The translations under genes were made by a program, and so were the position numbers. This document shows, in pieces, positions 36,301 to 45,266 of a DNA stretch of 64,000 nucleotides. Position 1 is the first letter of the stretch. Every line of letters starts with the position of its first letter. The notes under the pieces are model-generated. The model was given only the letters and a program-made list of their open reading frames with translations. It did not search any database and was not told the DNA's origin. The stretch comes from a virus. The stretch is taken from positions 7,014 to 71,013 of the IMG/VR virus record IMGVR_UViG_3300018931_000001; one strand, given 5' to 3'.

Positions 36301-36728
36301 CTTTTCAGAGGCTTGAGATAGCAATCCGCCGCGCCGGAGAGGAACTGCAAGCCAAGGGCAAAAAATTGACTCTGACTGCGATCGCTGATTACTGCCAAGT
36401 AACAAAACAGAGGGTTAGCCAGTTGGCTCGCGAACTGGGGTACGCCACTGCCGCCCACTTCAAAAAAAGTCTAGTTTTGCTTGTAGGTTCTCTAAGCAAA
36501 ACTAGACAAAATTTCCAAGAGTACATTCCTTTGGCGGCTGAAAAACAGATTGAATTGTGGGCAGCTCAGATTAGCTCGTTGCCCAAATCCGTAATTCTGG
36601 CGTTGATGGAATGGGCGACGGGGCTGCCGGAGTTGAGTGGCGAGTTTTTGGCTTTGGTTTGTGCGGATGCGGGGCGATCAGGCGATACCGCCGATCCAGG
36701 ATTTGAGGATTGGGACTTGGGATTTTAG
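33345..36728 (+). CDS. Primase-helicase Rep (Zn finger, TOPRIM/DUF3854-like, helicase, C-terminal HTH)
   Basis: CPVC, IVEGILKP, LYADAG, WWGQ..DIDD, SGTGTGKS, QGIGRLRA. Confidence 0.85.
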   Translation: MSSNFTPLKGNCPVCDGEERDCRQSKITGLYHCRTDNPSPNFTYIKHDAINFGMYVETALRSEQNAEKLAEHRRQQKINERIRLDREAKERAQFLSAADRDREIRKILNQLTLTSEHRAELRHRGLSDKQIDNGIFRSVGRYEKLQHPVSINLAGVSADTNGRSLVGKEPGYLCPVWNGDGLIIGWQIRLDNDKDCKYKWPTSRWPKRPNGPTSHQQNGEMPVTVCRPAILNGDIDAIGIVEGILKPKIAAELSGKVFIGAAGGNFASSAKSFKIELDKLSAEFDTKIVRLYADAGSTANPNVMREYRKTHKLVTEWGYELRVAWWGQKEKSAGDIDDILAAGDTDKITDLFWKDFEEIASNKAYRMLRMLDGLKRKVKKAASPIFGASTPVREIETIPYFAGERIETWQKATAKHKFIVDTSGTGTGKSFDSGLCEPERFNADRIIYISKDHRNASTPSLKNWEDLEARHKGLTLDNLGNWRRAKADDRVEVGASCDRTEFSAVMREKNISGSDTANLMCPTCPSFEGCRAGEKFGFLKARTETLKNTRFRSHPDSLPGTQTFGYAPDEEGKGKGKGTVLIWEEWSECLSYSKEIQIKQDDIEHITAELFSADKDAFGLNEWIVRLWEFSAGKHPIDRWGMPHDQVLEILLPLVKGETDIDAISQATNPNEKIQSILHGLDDHGVSLQDLPAHLRKSFAESDEQLAEKAQRIAKQWVVPFLEVLLGRRPGHVSLDNRGTFTLTIANRRLIEIAHAAKSNIFLDATGDIDKFCRILGIDAEDVFCTAQVPTHKSAKLTIKQVIDHGRLGISRGAEQVRAIDAMVAAIREKDSEAAVIDFKKFTSAEPGLNLKWLSESRGSNLAQNAKTLVLVGAPCRPIATLAAEFTLLYGRSPNIETEEVTREVRQIRNVVRQEATVTSRESADQQFRDYIYRDVLAAISQGIGRLRANRREGEELTIYFISNFVLDLPVEVVPALEITLEAATPFQRLEIAIRRAGEELQAKGKKLTLTAIADYCQVTKQRVSQLARELGYATAAHFKKSLVLLVGSLSKTRQNFQEYIPLAAEKQIELWAAQISSLPKSVILALMEWATGLPELSGEFLALVCADAGRSGDTADPGFEDWDLGF
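36469..36507. repeat. Perfect 14-bp inverted repeat within the Rep gene
   Basis: gtctagttttgctt-N11-aagcaaaactagac. Confidence 0.85.
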
Positions 36729-36809
36729 GCTTTGGCTTTCAATACCAGTTCGCTTGTTAAAGCTGTAGTCGCAAGATTTTGTAAAGGTTTAGAAGTTTAG
36801 AGGTTTGTC

Positions 36810-37247
36810 ATGGCGAAAAATAAATGTAGCAAGTGCCACATCAGAATTAAGTTGCCCCCCAGCTTCCCGCCTAACCCTTTTGATCACTGGTGCTACCTGT
36901 GCCAAGCTACCGCGCCTTTAGTTGAAAAGACCCGGAAGTGTTCAAGGGGTGAAAAACGAAAATTGCTAGAAAAGCAACAGCGTGAGGCTGAGAAAAAAGC
37001 CAAGCAGCGGGCGGAATCTCTGGAACAGCAAGAGTTGAAACGGGTTGCTGCTGCCAAGAGTAAACCAACTTACGTGCCCAAGAGTAAATCTAAAAAGGGT
37101 TCTGATTTACCGTTTGCGCTCAATCTAGAGTTTATTGAAATGGTTGAAGAGCCAGCGGTTGTGGCGGTTGACTACGATGTGCTGAGGCGGCGGATTGCAG
37201 AAGTGCAAGATCCGACAATATTTGAGGAAGAATTGTCGGACGATTGA
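36810..37247 (+). CDS. Zn-finger, Lys-rich hypothetical protein
   Basis: CSKC...CYLC. Confidence 0.7.
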   Translation: MAKNKCSKCHIRIKLPPSFPPNPFDHWCYLCQATAPLVEKTRKCSRGEKRKLLEKQQREAEKKAKQRAESLEQQELKRVAAAKSKPTYVPKSKSKKGSDLPFALNLEFIEMVEEPAVVAVDYDVLRRRIAEVQDPTIFEEELSDD

Positions 37248-37368
37248 CACCAACAAAATGGTTAAAATACAACTCGCGAGATTTGGTGATATTTTAAATA
37301 AAATGCCTCTCGCGAGTTGGCGCCGCAAACGCCGAGACTCCAAAGGCCGTAACCGAAGCAGGGTCACA

Positions 37369-37848
37369 ATGAATAATTTAACACAACCTAAATCGTTAAA
37401 CACTTATCTCGTTTCGGTTAAGCCCCAGTGGGCTAATTTGTTTTTCGATCACACCCAAACCAAGTCAGTCGAACTTCGCAAGGGTGACTTTGGCAAGTCG
37501 CTGGTTCCTGGCGATCGGCTGCTAATCTATGCCACCCTGCCAGTGGGTAAAATTTTGGGTTCTGTCGCGGTGCGTGATCGTAAAACATTCCCGGTTGCCG
37601 AACTTCGCGAGGTAACTGAACATTTGGCGCAGGTTTCCGCTGAAGATTTTGCCGACTACTACCAAGGCAAGGATGTCGGCGTTGGGGTGTGGGTGGAAAA
37701 TCCCGAGTTGCTTGAATATCCGATCTCGCTTCACCTCTTAAAAGAATTTGCGGGCATTACTCCGCCACAGCAGATAACGAAGTTGAGCGAAGAACAAGTA
37801 TACCTACTTCTGTCGGACAGTTTTATAGCAAGATTTTGCTCAGTTTAA
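37369..37848 (+). CDS. ASCH/PUA-domain protein
   Basis: VSVKPQWANLFF...KSVELRK...LIYATLPVGKILG...PPQ. Confidence 0.88.
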   Translation: MNNLTQPKSLNTYLVSVKPQWANLFFDHTQTKSVELRKGDFGKSLVPGDRLLIYATLPVGKILGSVAVRDRKTFPVAELREVTEHLAQVSAEDFADYYQGKDVGVGVWVENPELLEYPISLHLLKEFAGITPPQQITKLSEEQVYLLLSDSFIARFCSV

Positions 37849-37875
37849 ATTATTAATTTACAGAAAAATCAAACA

Positions 37876-38421
37876 ATGGAACCAAAATTATTAATTGTTC
37901 GCGTTGATCTTCTTACCAAGACTCTTAGCGGGGAACGTAGACCCCTGCACTGCCGAGATATCCAAGCGGTTGACGGCGCTTATTCGGCGCTCGACAACTG
38001 GGCAAAATGGGGCTATACAATACTGGGGCTGTCCGACCAATCGGTGATCGCTAAACAAAACAAGCCCTTTGGTATCGTCATAGAAGAATTAGCTTACACC
38101 ATCTACTGTTTTCCACCACTGGAGGCAATCTACCTTGATCCGGGTTATGCCACAGAAGGGGGTTATCGGTTGGACGCCGCTAATTACTGTCAGATTGATC
38201 GAGCCAAAACTTCCAATTCTTTCCTTTCTAGCGTTCTTTTGTCTGCCTGTTCCCGCTACGGCGTGACATCCGGTAATGTGTGGGTGGCAAGTGACTCGAT
38301 CGAAGATGAAGAGGTGTCCTCCAGTCACGGCGTCAATTTTATTGCAGGGGACGTTTGGCGGGTTTGTCTAGATGCCTCACTTATTAATCCTCAACCATTG
38401 ATATCTTTTGAGTATTACTAA
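37876..38421 (+). CDS. Degenerate HAD-IIIA (GmhB/PNK phosphatase-like) protein
   Basis: GYTILGLSDQ, VWVASDSIEDE..S..HGVNF; motif I DxD not intact. Confidence 0.6.
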   Translation: MEPKLLIVRVDLLTKTLSGERRPLHCRDIQAVDGAYSALDNWAKWGYTILGLSDQSVIAKQNKPFGIVIEELAYTIYCFPPLEAIYLDPGYATEGGYRLDAANYCQIDRAKTSNSFLSSVLLSACSRYGVTSGNVWVASDSIEDEEVSSSHGVNFIAGDVWRVCLDASLINPQPLISFEYY

Positions 38422-38452
38422 AAACTATTTGGCGAGAATAGGAGGTATACAA

Positions 38453-38664
38453 TTGAAGTATTATCAGTTCAATAAAGTCCAGCAATTGCTGGGAGTGCTG
38501 GGGATGCGCCCCTCCTCTGTGAGTGTAGACAATGCCCGTCGGGTCAGGTTTTTACTTGTGAACAATGTTTGAGGAATAAACCCTGGTGCTTGAATGGTGA
38601 CGAGCAGCTTGGTGCTTACTGCCAAGAATGCACGGTAATAGTTAAACGACTTGAACTAAATTAG
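38453..38664 (+). pseudogene. Frameshifted Cys-rich Zn-finger gene
   Basis: AGGAGG + TTG gives MKYYQFNKVQQLLGVLGMRP; LCECRQC...CEQC...PWC...YCQEC continues in the -1 frame. Confidence 0.55.
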
Positions 38665-38675
38665 GAGATCACATC

Positions 38676-39629
38676 ATGTCAGACTCATCAACCATCCTTT
38701 CGGAAGTCAACGAACTTGCAGCTCCGTTTTTGCAGCAGATGCTTGATCGGTATATCGACATCGGGCAACGCGCCGAAGATATCGGCTTAAAATCCAAAGA
38801 GTTTAAGCAAGAAGCGCAATTTCACTTGAAAGCCGCTAGCAAAGAAGTGACCTTTGCTAAGCGGCTATACAATTGGGTGACGAATCTTGGGAAAGTGTGG
38901 GCGGGTGTGAAACCGAAACTAGATGCAATCTTAGCACACTGCACGATCGATTTAGGATTGAAGTTGATAAGGTTGTTGCCAGACTTGACTAAAAATTTGA
39001 GTTCTGAATTTCTCGATCGCGCATCCGAGATTTGCTCTCAGATTATTGATGAAATCCACGATTTAGTTGGACAGCTTGGAAAAGTTGAACTGTCCACAGC
39101 CGAAATTTCTCGTATAATTAAACGTGCTTCTACTGTGCCGGATTGTGGGACAACTGTGAAATTTTCTGGGGATGGCGGCAAGGTAGTCGTTGCCGAAATT
39201 TTGTCTTGCGACGCCGATAATGACAAGATTCACGTCAAAGAGATTGGCGGTTTCGAGAAAATTTTCAGCCGAGGTGATAAATTATTGAAAATTGTCCCTC
39301 AGCCACAGGTTGAAGATTTTTGCTTAATTCAGGGCGGTAGTTTTACTGGTGATGTTGGAGTTTTGGAGTCTTGTGAAAATGGTTTGGCTACTGTGCGGTT
39401 GTTAACAAACGGAGAGCAAAAGGAAATTAAGTTGTCATTGCTAGCTAGGATTACTGCAAAACAGGCTGAGGCTGGCGTTGCATTTATTGAGATGGTTGAG
39501 CGTTGCAAAAAGGCAGAAAGTGAAATGGCATTGATGGTTGAATCAATTGCGGAACCCTTGTCGTTAGTTGGTCGTAATGACGATCGGGTTGATGATGAGC
39601 CGATCGAGCTTGAATCTGTGGCGGCATAG
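38676..39629 (+). CDS. Hypothetical protein with C-terminal KOW/SH3-like motifs
   Basis: VEDFCLIQGGSFTGDVGVL; AGGAG RBS. Confidence 0.75.
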   Translation: MSDSSTILSEVNELAAPFLQQMLDRYIDIGQRAEDIGLKSKEFKQEAQFHLKAASKEVTFAKRLYNWVTNLGKVWAGVKPKLDAILAHCTIDLGLKLIRLLPDLTKNLSSEFLDRASEICSQIIDEIHDLVGQLGKVELSTAEISRIIKRASTVPDCGTTVKFSGDGGKVVVAEILSCDADNDKIHVKEIGGFEKIFSRGDKLLKIVPQPQVEDFCLIQGGSFTGDVGVLESCENGLATVRLLTNGEQKEIKLSLLARITAKQAEAGVAFIEMVERCKKAESEMALMVESIAEPLSLVGRNDDRVDDEPIELESVAA

Positions 39630-39767
39630 TCAAGAATCGTTCCGTCGTTCCCTTCTTTTAGCTTAATCCTATGTAACAGATTAGCAATCCGCCGCTTTCG
39701 ACTGGGAACTGCTTGACAGGTAATAGTCTCAGACTTTTGCGATTAAAGCTTCCCCAATTCTGCTTTT

Positions 39768-40136
39768 TCAATTTTTGTGTAGTCGATCGCTCCCAGCCTC
39801 AAAAACAGCCTTGAGAGCTGCGGTCGCTTCAGGAGTGTAGCGACCGTCGCCCGAAAAGAAAGACTCGGGAAACAAAGTCTGTGGCTTTGACTTGCTCTGA
39901 GTTTCTCGAATTTTTGTCAAGCAGCACCGTAACTGTAATTCTGACCACCCCGTCCACCTCACCAGTGCAATAAGACTTTCTTCGTCCGGTTTTGTCCCTT
40001 GAGCCATGCGAATTAGGATAGATGAGTTCACCCCGGATTGTGCAGCCACTTCACGCCAACGCAAGCGCCGAGACTGTCGGAGAGTATCTAAAAATTCATA
40101 AAAAGCACCTACATCAATAATATTTAAGTTGGTCAT
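39768..40136 (-). CDS. XRE-type HTH regulator
   Basis: LDTLRQSRRLRWREVAAQSGVNSSILIRMAQGTKPD; ATG 40136. Confidence 0.85.
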   Translation of the reverse strand: MTNLNIIDVGAFYEFLDTLRQSRRLRWREVAAQSGVNSSILIRMAQGTKPDEESLIALVRWTGWSELQLRCCLTKIRETQSKSKPQTLFPESFFSGDGRYTPEATAALKAVFEAGSDRLHKN

Positions 40137-40339
40137 ACTATTTACTTGATTAGTACAAAATAGCCACCAACGCACTCATTGGTGGCTTGTCGAGCAAAGC
40201 ATTGAGAGTCTAGCCTAAAAATATTGTACCCCGATCGCTTGTCTTTTAGCCCCAATAGCTCTCATATAAAAACTCAAATCGGAATAGACGCGATTATCAG
40301 TACATCTATTCCGACTTGAGCGGGGCGTGAATGTTGTGG

Positions 40340-40762
40340 TTAATTTATTGTATTCATTTGCTCCCACTGTTTCAACTCAAACCCATACAACTTTTTAAAC
40401 TTTTTTCGCACCGACACCAGCCAGTCGTCATAAGCAGATTGTTTTGGTACGTCTAACTTTTTAGCCTCTTCGTCTTGAAATGGGTTAATTTCTAGCCTGA
40501 TAATTAGTTCTTTAAACCCTTCGGTAAAAATGAAAGCTTGGTTTATACCGAGTTCTCGCGCTTTGTCTGTGGCAAAGTTGTTCCATACAGACAATATTGC
40601 CCAACGCTTTTCCCACTCTCGATTGCCTAAATCTGGAATTGTAATTTGCTCGGTGCTGATAAGCTCTTCTTGATCTCCTGTAGCATCATCCGGCGGGCGG
40701 TGTTTTAACTCTACCTCAAAAGTTCGAGTTGTTATTTTAATTTGTTGAAATCCTTTCTGCAC
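40340..40762 (-). CDS. Hypothetical protein
   Basis: 140-aa ORF. Confidence 0.65.
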   Translation of the reverse strand: MQKGFQQIKITTRTFEVELKHRPPDDATGDQEELISTEQITIPDLGNREWEKRWAILSVWNNFATDKARELGINQAFIFTEGFKELIIRLEINPFQDEEAKKLDVPKQSAYDDWLVSVRKKFKKLYGFELKQWEQMNTIN

Positions 40763-40789
40763 AATACACTATTTTGATATAATTTAATA

Positions 40790-40868
40790 GTCAACCCGGA
40801 GATACTTTCTAGGGGAAGATAGGAAAAAACTAGACTGACCTAATCACCGCTAGTCGCGGTGATTTTTT
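40790..40868 (+). ncRNA. Candidate ~80-nt small RNA
   Basis: Extended -10 TGaTATAAT at 40775-40783; terminator aatcaccgc/gcggtgatt followed by T run. Confidence 0.4.
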
Positions 40869-40893
40869 GTGAATTGTAAACAGTCCACGCTCC

Positions 40894-41436
40894 TTAATTT
40901 TGATCCTCCTGTTTTTGTATGGGATAGGCTTGATCGAACCAAGTCAAAAGCTCATCCACGTTAGAGAATCGTTGAGTTAGCGGGTGGTCGTTAGGTACAG
41001 CAAACAAGCCACCCATATAGTAGCGGATTTGCCATTCGGCTGCTTCTGGGGTGACGATCGACTCGTGCCGAGTTGGAACTTCAGCATCTTCGCCATAGAC
41101 CAGTTTGTAGGCGGCATCAACCCGTTCATTCGGAGGTAGTGGCTGTCCTTCTGGCGGTTTAGGTTTTTGTATTTGTGACTCGGTTGGCTGCTCTGGGTGT
41201 GGCTCTTGTTGCTTGGGTGCTTCTGGTGTGGATGGCTCGGATGGTGGCGGTTCGATCAGTGGTTGCTCAGGTGCAGGTTCTGGCGCGGGTTGCTCTTGTT
41301 GGGATTCTTCTGGTTTTGATTCTTCCGGCTTAGGTTGTTCGGCTGATTTCTCTTCGGATTCAGTTTCCTTAGTAGACTCTTCTGAGCTGCCGCCTAAGTG
41401 CATTATTTTAGATACGGTGTCGGTAATTAGGTTCAT
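40894..41436 (-). CDS. Pro/Glu/Gln-rich protein with a small C-terminal domain
   Basis: 180-aa ORF. Confidence 0.75.
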   Translation of the reverse strand: MNLITDTVSKIMHLGGSSEESTKETESEEKSAEQPKPEESKPEESQQEQPAPEPAPEQPLIEPPPSEPSTPEAPKQQEPHPEQPTESQIQKPKPPEGQPLPPNERVDAAYKLVYGEDAEVPTRHESIVTPEAAEWQIRYYMGGLFAVPNDHPLTQRFSNVDELLTWFDQAYPIQKQEDQN

Positions 41437-41703
41437 AATGTTTGGGAGTAATTTAGGTAGATTATAACTTGAACTTGTTGCGGGTGTAAAGATTGACTGG
41501 CAGGCGATCGGATGAATACAAAAGCCTCCCCTGTTACGAGGAAGCTAAAGTCTGTTGATATATTCCGGCTCCTTTTGGTTACGTCCTAGGAGCAAGTTTA
41601 TTAGTTTATTAGTTTATTATGACACACTAAATATATTGTATTTTATGCACTGTTTTGCCCAACCAAGTTAAAATATAGTGTATTAAGTGTATTTAATAGG
41701 TAA

Positions 41704-42369
41704 ATGAAAGGCAAAAAAGGTAGAAATAGTCTTTATACTCAAGCGACACTAAACATCATTCAGAAAGAATTAATAGAACATGGTTGCAATCAACGCGCTT
41801 TTAAAGCAGCAGGAATCAGCAAAGAAGTTTTTTATTTGTGGATGCGTGAACGTCCTGAGTTTGTTACGCTAGTGGAAGAGGCTAAGCAAGAACGCTTGTT
41901 CCGAAGGCACGAGGTATTAAAGTTACAGGCTGATAAAGTTCTTGAAGACTATTTGAATAATGGTGTTGTGACAAAAATCACAATCATTGAAGAAGGAACT
42001 TCAGACAAATTTGGTTCTTATGTCAAGAAAACAGTCAGGGAGGTGCGGTCTCCTACTCCCGTTAAAATACTTGATCGAGTTCTTGGTAAACCATCAGACG
42101 AGCTTGAAGCTTTTACTGCTTTTGTAAATGCAGGGTGGCTCCCTCGATCGTTATTAAATTTAGCAGAAAGTGAAATTAACAACATTAAGCTCGTCATTAG
42201 ACAAGCGTTCGCGGGAATCTTCCCAGACAGTACGGAAGCTGCAATTACTGGACTCACCCCCGAAACAGCAGCAGTCATTCGACAGCACCTTTTGGGCATC
42301 CAGCCCGCCGATGCTCTTGAAATATCAGCAGATGTGGAACCGGGACAGCAGCCCGATCAAGATTTGTGA
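41704..42369 (+). CDS. Terminase small subunit
   Basis: HTH AFKAAGISKEVFYLW..PEF; directly upstream of TerL. Confidence 0.8.
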   Translation: MKGKKGRNSLYTQATLNIIQKELIEHGCNQRAFKAAGISKEVFYLWMRERPEFVTLVEEAKQERLFRRHEVLKLQADKVLEDYLNNGVVTKITIIEEGTSDKFGSYVKKTVREVRSPTPVKILDRVLGKPSDELEAFTAFVNAGWLPRSLLNLAESEINNIKLVIRQAFAGIFPDSTEAAITGLTPETAAVIRQHLLGIQPADALEISADVEPGQQPDQDL

Positions 42370-43573
42370 GAAGTCGAGACGGATAGGCATTAGCTGGGCT
42401 GATGCCGCCGACTCTGCATTGGTGGCGGCTGAAATCAACGGTTCCGACTCTTGGTATGTCGGCTACAACTTTGATATGAGCCGCCAATATATAGAAGATG
42501 TTGCGTACTGGGCGCGGGCTTATAATTTGGCGTGTTCCAGTATTAATGAGTCAGTCATTGAGGAGCCGGACAAAAATATTCTTGCCTATACTATCCGGTT
42601 TGACTCAGGGTTCAAAGTGACATCTTTGTCATCGCGTCCGGCAAACTTGCGATCGAAGAAAGGTCGGCTGCGGATTGATGAGGCGGCATTTCATGACGAC
42701 TTAGAAGAGTTGATCAAAGCGGCGCTGGCTATCAATATGTGGGGTGGGAGCGTTGCAATTTGGAGCACTCACAACGGGAAAGACAATTATTTCAACCAGT
42801 TAATCGAGAAGTGCAAAACCGGGGAACTTAATTACTCCTATCACCGCTACGACTTGGCTACCGCGATCGCAGACGGTTTATACCGTCGAATTTGCTTGGT
42901 ATCAAATCAAAAATGGTCGATCGAGCGCGAAGAAGCTTGGATTGAGCAACTGCGAAAAGACTACGGTATCAACGCTAGAGAAGAGTTGGACTGCATTCCG
43001 TTTGAGGCAAAGGGCGCGGGTTCAGTATTCAAGCGCGAATGGTTTGAGGTTGTCGATCGAGTGCCAGCAGGCGGGCGCATAGTTCGGTTTTGGGATTTGG
43101 CAGCAAGTGCTAAAATCTCTGCTTGCTACACCGCCGGAGTTAAGATGAAAAAAGTTGACGGTATAATTTATGTTATGGATGCGATCGCCGAACAATTTGA
43201 GCCAGCGCAAACTAATAACTTGTTGAAAAACACAGCTATTCGGGACACGGTAAACACAAAAATTGCTTGGGAGTTAGAGGGCGGTTCCTCTGGCCCACGC
43301 GACCAAGTTAGGATTAGAGAATTGCTTGAAGGTTTCAACTGTGCCGGAATTAGACCGCGAGAAAGTAAGATTGTTCGGGCAAGTCACTTTGCTAACGCCG
43401 CGCTTCGGGGCGAAGTTCGCATACTAAGGGGTGACTGGAACGAGCAATATATAGATGCGCTCTACCATTTTGATGGTAGTTCCAAGCCTAAGATTACCGA
43501 CTTGACTGACGCCAGTTCAGGAGCTTATAGCTTTTTGGATGGGCAGAAAATCATCCAACCTGACTTTAATTAA
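42170..43573 (+). CDS. Terminase large subunit (Mu gp28-like ATPase; start may be ATG 42311)
   Basis: EKSRRIGISW, IDEAAFH, STHNG..N.F, RFWDLAAS, DLTDASSGAY. Confidence 0.93.
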   Translation: MKLTTLSSSLDKRSRESSQTVRKLQLLDSPPKQQQSFDSTFWASSPPMLLKYQQMWNRDSSPIKICEKSRRIGISWADAADSALVAAEINGSDSWYVGYNFDMSRQYIEDVAYWARAYNLACSSINESVIEEPDKNILAYTIRFDSGFKVTSLSSRPANLRSKKGRLRIDEAAFHDDLEELIKAALAINMWGGSVAIWSTHNGKDNYFNQLIEKCKTGELNYSYHRYDLATAIADGLYRRICLVSNQKWSIEREEAWIEQLRKDYGINAREELDCIPFEAKGAGSVFKREWFEVVDRVPAGGRIVRFWDLAASAKISACYTAGVKMKKVDGIIYVMDAIAEQFEPAQTNNLLKNTAIRDTVNTKIAWELEGGSSGPRDQVRIRELLEGFNCAGIRPRESKIVRASHFANAALRGEVRILRGDWNEQYIDALYHFDGSSKPKITDLTDASSGAYSFLDGQKIIQPDFN

Positions 43574-43578
43574 ACCTA

Positions 43579-44946
43579 ATGCGATCGCCAACCCCAACTC
43601 CCGGCAGAAACAAAACTCTAGAAAATATCTGGCAAAGCATTGTCAATTACAGCCGGACGCTGGTTGGCGGTCAGTCGAAACCCGTCTCGCAATATCACGG
43701 TTATGCGAGCGACAGCATTCACGGGCGTCAATATGATTTTGAAATTCGCGAACCGATCGTGCGCGATAACGGTCATACCCGCGAACTTGTACGGATGATT
43801 GAGCTTTCATCTGAAATAACTTTGGCGCTTGACCTCCGACGGGATGCGATTTGGAGCAACCCGACGGGAGATGACCAGGGTTGGGATATCGCCCCCACAC
43901 TCAACGACAACGTGACGCCGATCGACCCCGGAGTATATAAGGTGTTGCAGCGACTGCGGGAAGAAGTTATTGGCGGGTTGGCACTGAACGCGGGACCGGA
44001 ATTGTTGATGGCGTGGGGTGATTGGTTTTTGTCGATCGGAGTAAACCTTAAATCTTCTCAGATTGAACGGGTATTATTCCCACCAACTTTTGAGATGTTC
44101 CGTATCGAGTCCGTGACAGGTGAACTGTTGGGATTTCAACAGCGCAAGAATTCAACCAATGAAGTCAGTGCTTTGGATTTTCACCCGATCGTCTGCGCTC
44201 ATGCCAGATACCGCTGGCGTCCGCCACACCTCTACGGACGATCGCTTTTTGAAGAGTGCATCCCTGATTGGGTAGGAGCAGAAAATGTCAAAGCTGATTT
44301 ATTGAGCGCGGCTAGAGCCACCGGCGTGAATTCTCGGCTGCACGTTTTTCCTTGTGATTATACAGATGAAGATGCTAATGATTACAAACAAGCGCATAGG
44401 GAAAGGCTCCGGCGAGATGGCAGTATTACTGATTATTATTTAATGAATGGCGCAGAAATAAAACAATTATCTAATACTAATCCTGATTTTTCTGGGTTAA
44501 TATCTGTACTTAAAGAGTTTCAGTTAATTATTGCTAGAAAATCAAAAGTTCCCTTATATTTGATGGGATATAGTTGGGGTGGTGCTCAAGATATTGCAAC
44601 TCAACCAATGTTGAATTATGCGAGGAGTCTTAATGCCGATCGAATGCTGATAACTTATTCAATAATTAAGCATTTATGCAATCTAGAGCTGGCACTTCAG
44701 GGTTACAGTAAAGACCAGTGGATCTATCGAATAATCTGGCCTAAATTATACGTCAACCCGTTTGAGGAACAGATGAACCCATTGGAGGCAGAAGAAGTTA
44801 ACGCGAAAGGAGTTGAAGATTTAGATGTACTGCCCAAACCAAGTCTTCAACATCTTGACTGGTTAAGCACTGCCACCGATGCTGATATACGTTCAGGATT
44901 GGAGGCGCTTAAGTCTAAAGACTCTCAACTGTTGGAGGTGGGATAA
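43579..44946 (+). CDS. Portal protein
   Basis: Position after TerL, 455 aa, WGDWF, HARYR...LYGRSL. Confidence 0.85.
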   Translation: MRSPTPTPGRNKTLENIWQSIVNYSRTLVGGQSKPVSQYHGYASDSIHGRQYDFEIREPIVRDNGHTRELVRMIELSSEITLALDLRRDAIWSNPTGDDQGWDIAPTLNDNVTPIDPGVYKVLQRLREEVIGGLALNAGPELLMAWGDWFLSIGVNLKSSQIERVLFPPTFEMFRIESVTGELLGFQQRKNSTNEVSALDFHPIVCAHARYRWRPPHLYGRSLFEECIPDWVGAENVKADLLSAARATGVNSRLHVFPCDYTDEDANDYKQAHRERLRRDGSITDYYLMNGAEIKQLSNTNPDFSGLISVLKEFQLIIARKSKVPLYLMGYSWGGAQDIATQPMLNYARSLNADRMLITYSIIKHLCNLELALQGYSKDQWIYRIIWPKLYVNPFEEQMNPLEAEEVNAKGVEDLDVLPKPSLQHLDWLSTATDADIRSGLEALKSKDSQLLEVG

Positions 44947-45263
44947 TGCCGATCGGAACAGCGGAAAGAGGAAAAATATTAAGATATTTGGAACTACCAA
45001 TAACTTCGCTGCCTATCATTAATGTTCTTTGCGATTCAGTCCAGCAAACCTCCGAGCAGTTGGCGCAGCAGGTAAACGAAATAGTGCAACAGCTTGACTC
45101 TAATTCTGAAGAAATTAGGAAAGCATCAAGCGGAATTGTCAAACTAGATGTTATTGAGTGGAAACCTGAGCGCAAGTGTGATTTGCATAGTTACCGCAAA
45201 TATCTAGTCAAGCAATTATCTAATGCGATCGGTTATAAAACTATTACAGTATATCCTTGGTAA
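44946..45263 (+). CDS. Head-tail adaptor-like protein
   Basis: Position; helical, IVKLDVIEW. Confidence 0.55.
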   Translation: MPIGTAERGKILRYLELPITSLPIINVLCDSVQQTSEQLAQQVNEIVQQLDSNSEEIRKASSGIVKLDVIEWKPERKCDLHSYRKYLVKQLSNAIGYKTITVYPW

Positions 45264-45266
45264 AAC

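Noticed and set aside
42170-42369. 200-bp terS/terL overlap as a special recoding event
   Set aside because: ATG 42311 (MLLKYQ) gives a normal TerL start, and no slippery site was seen.
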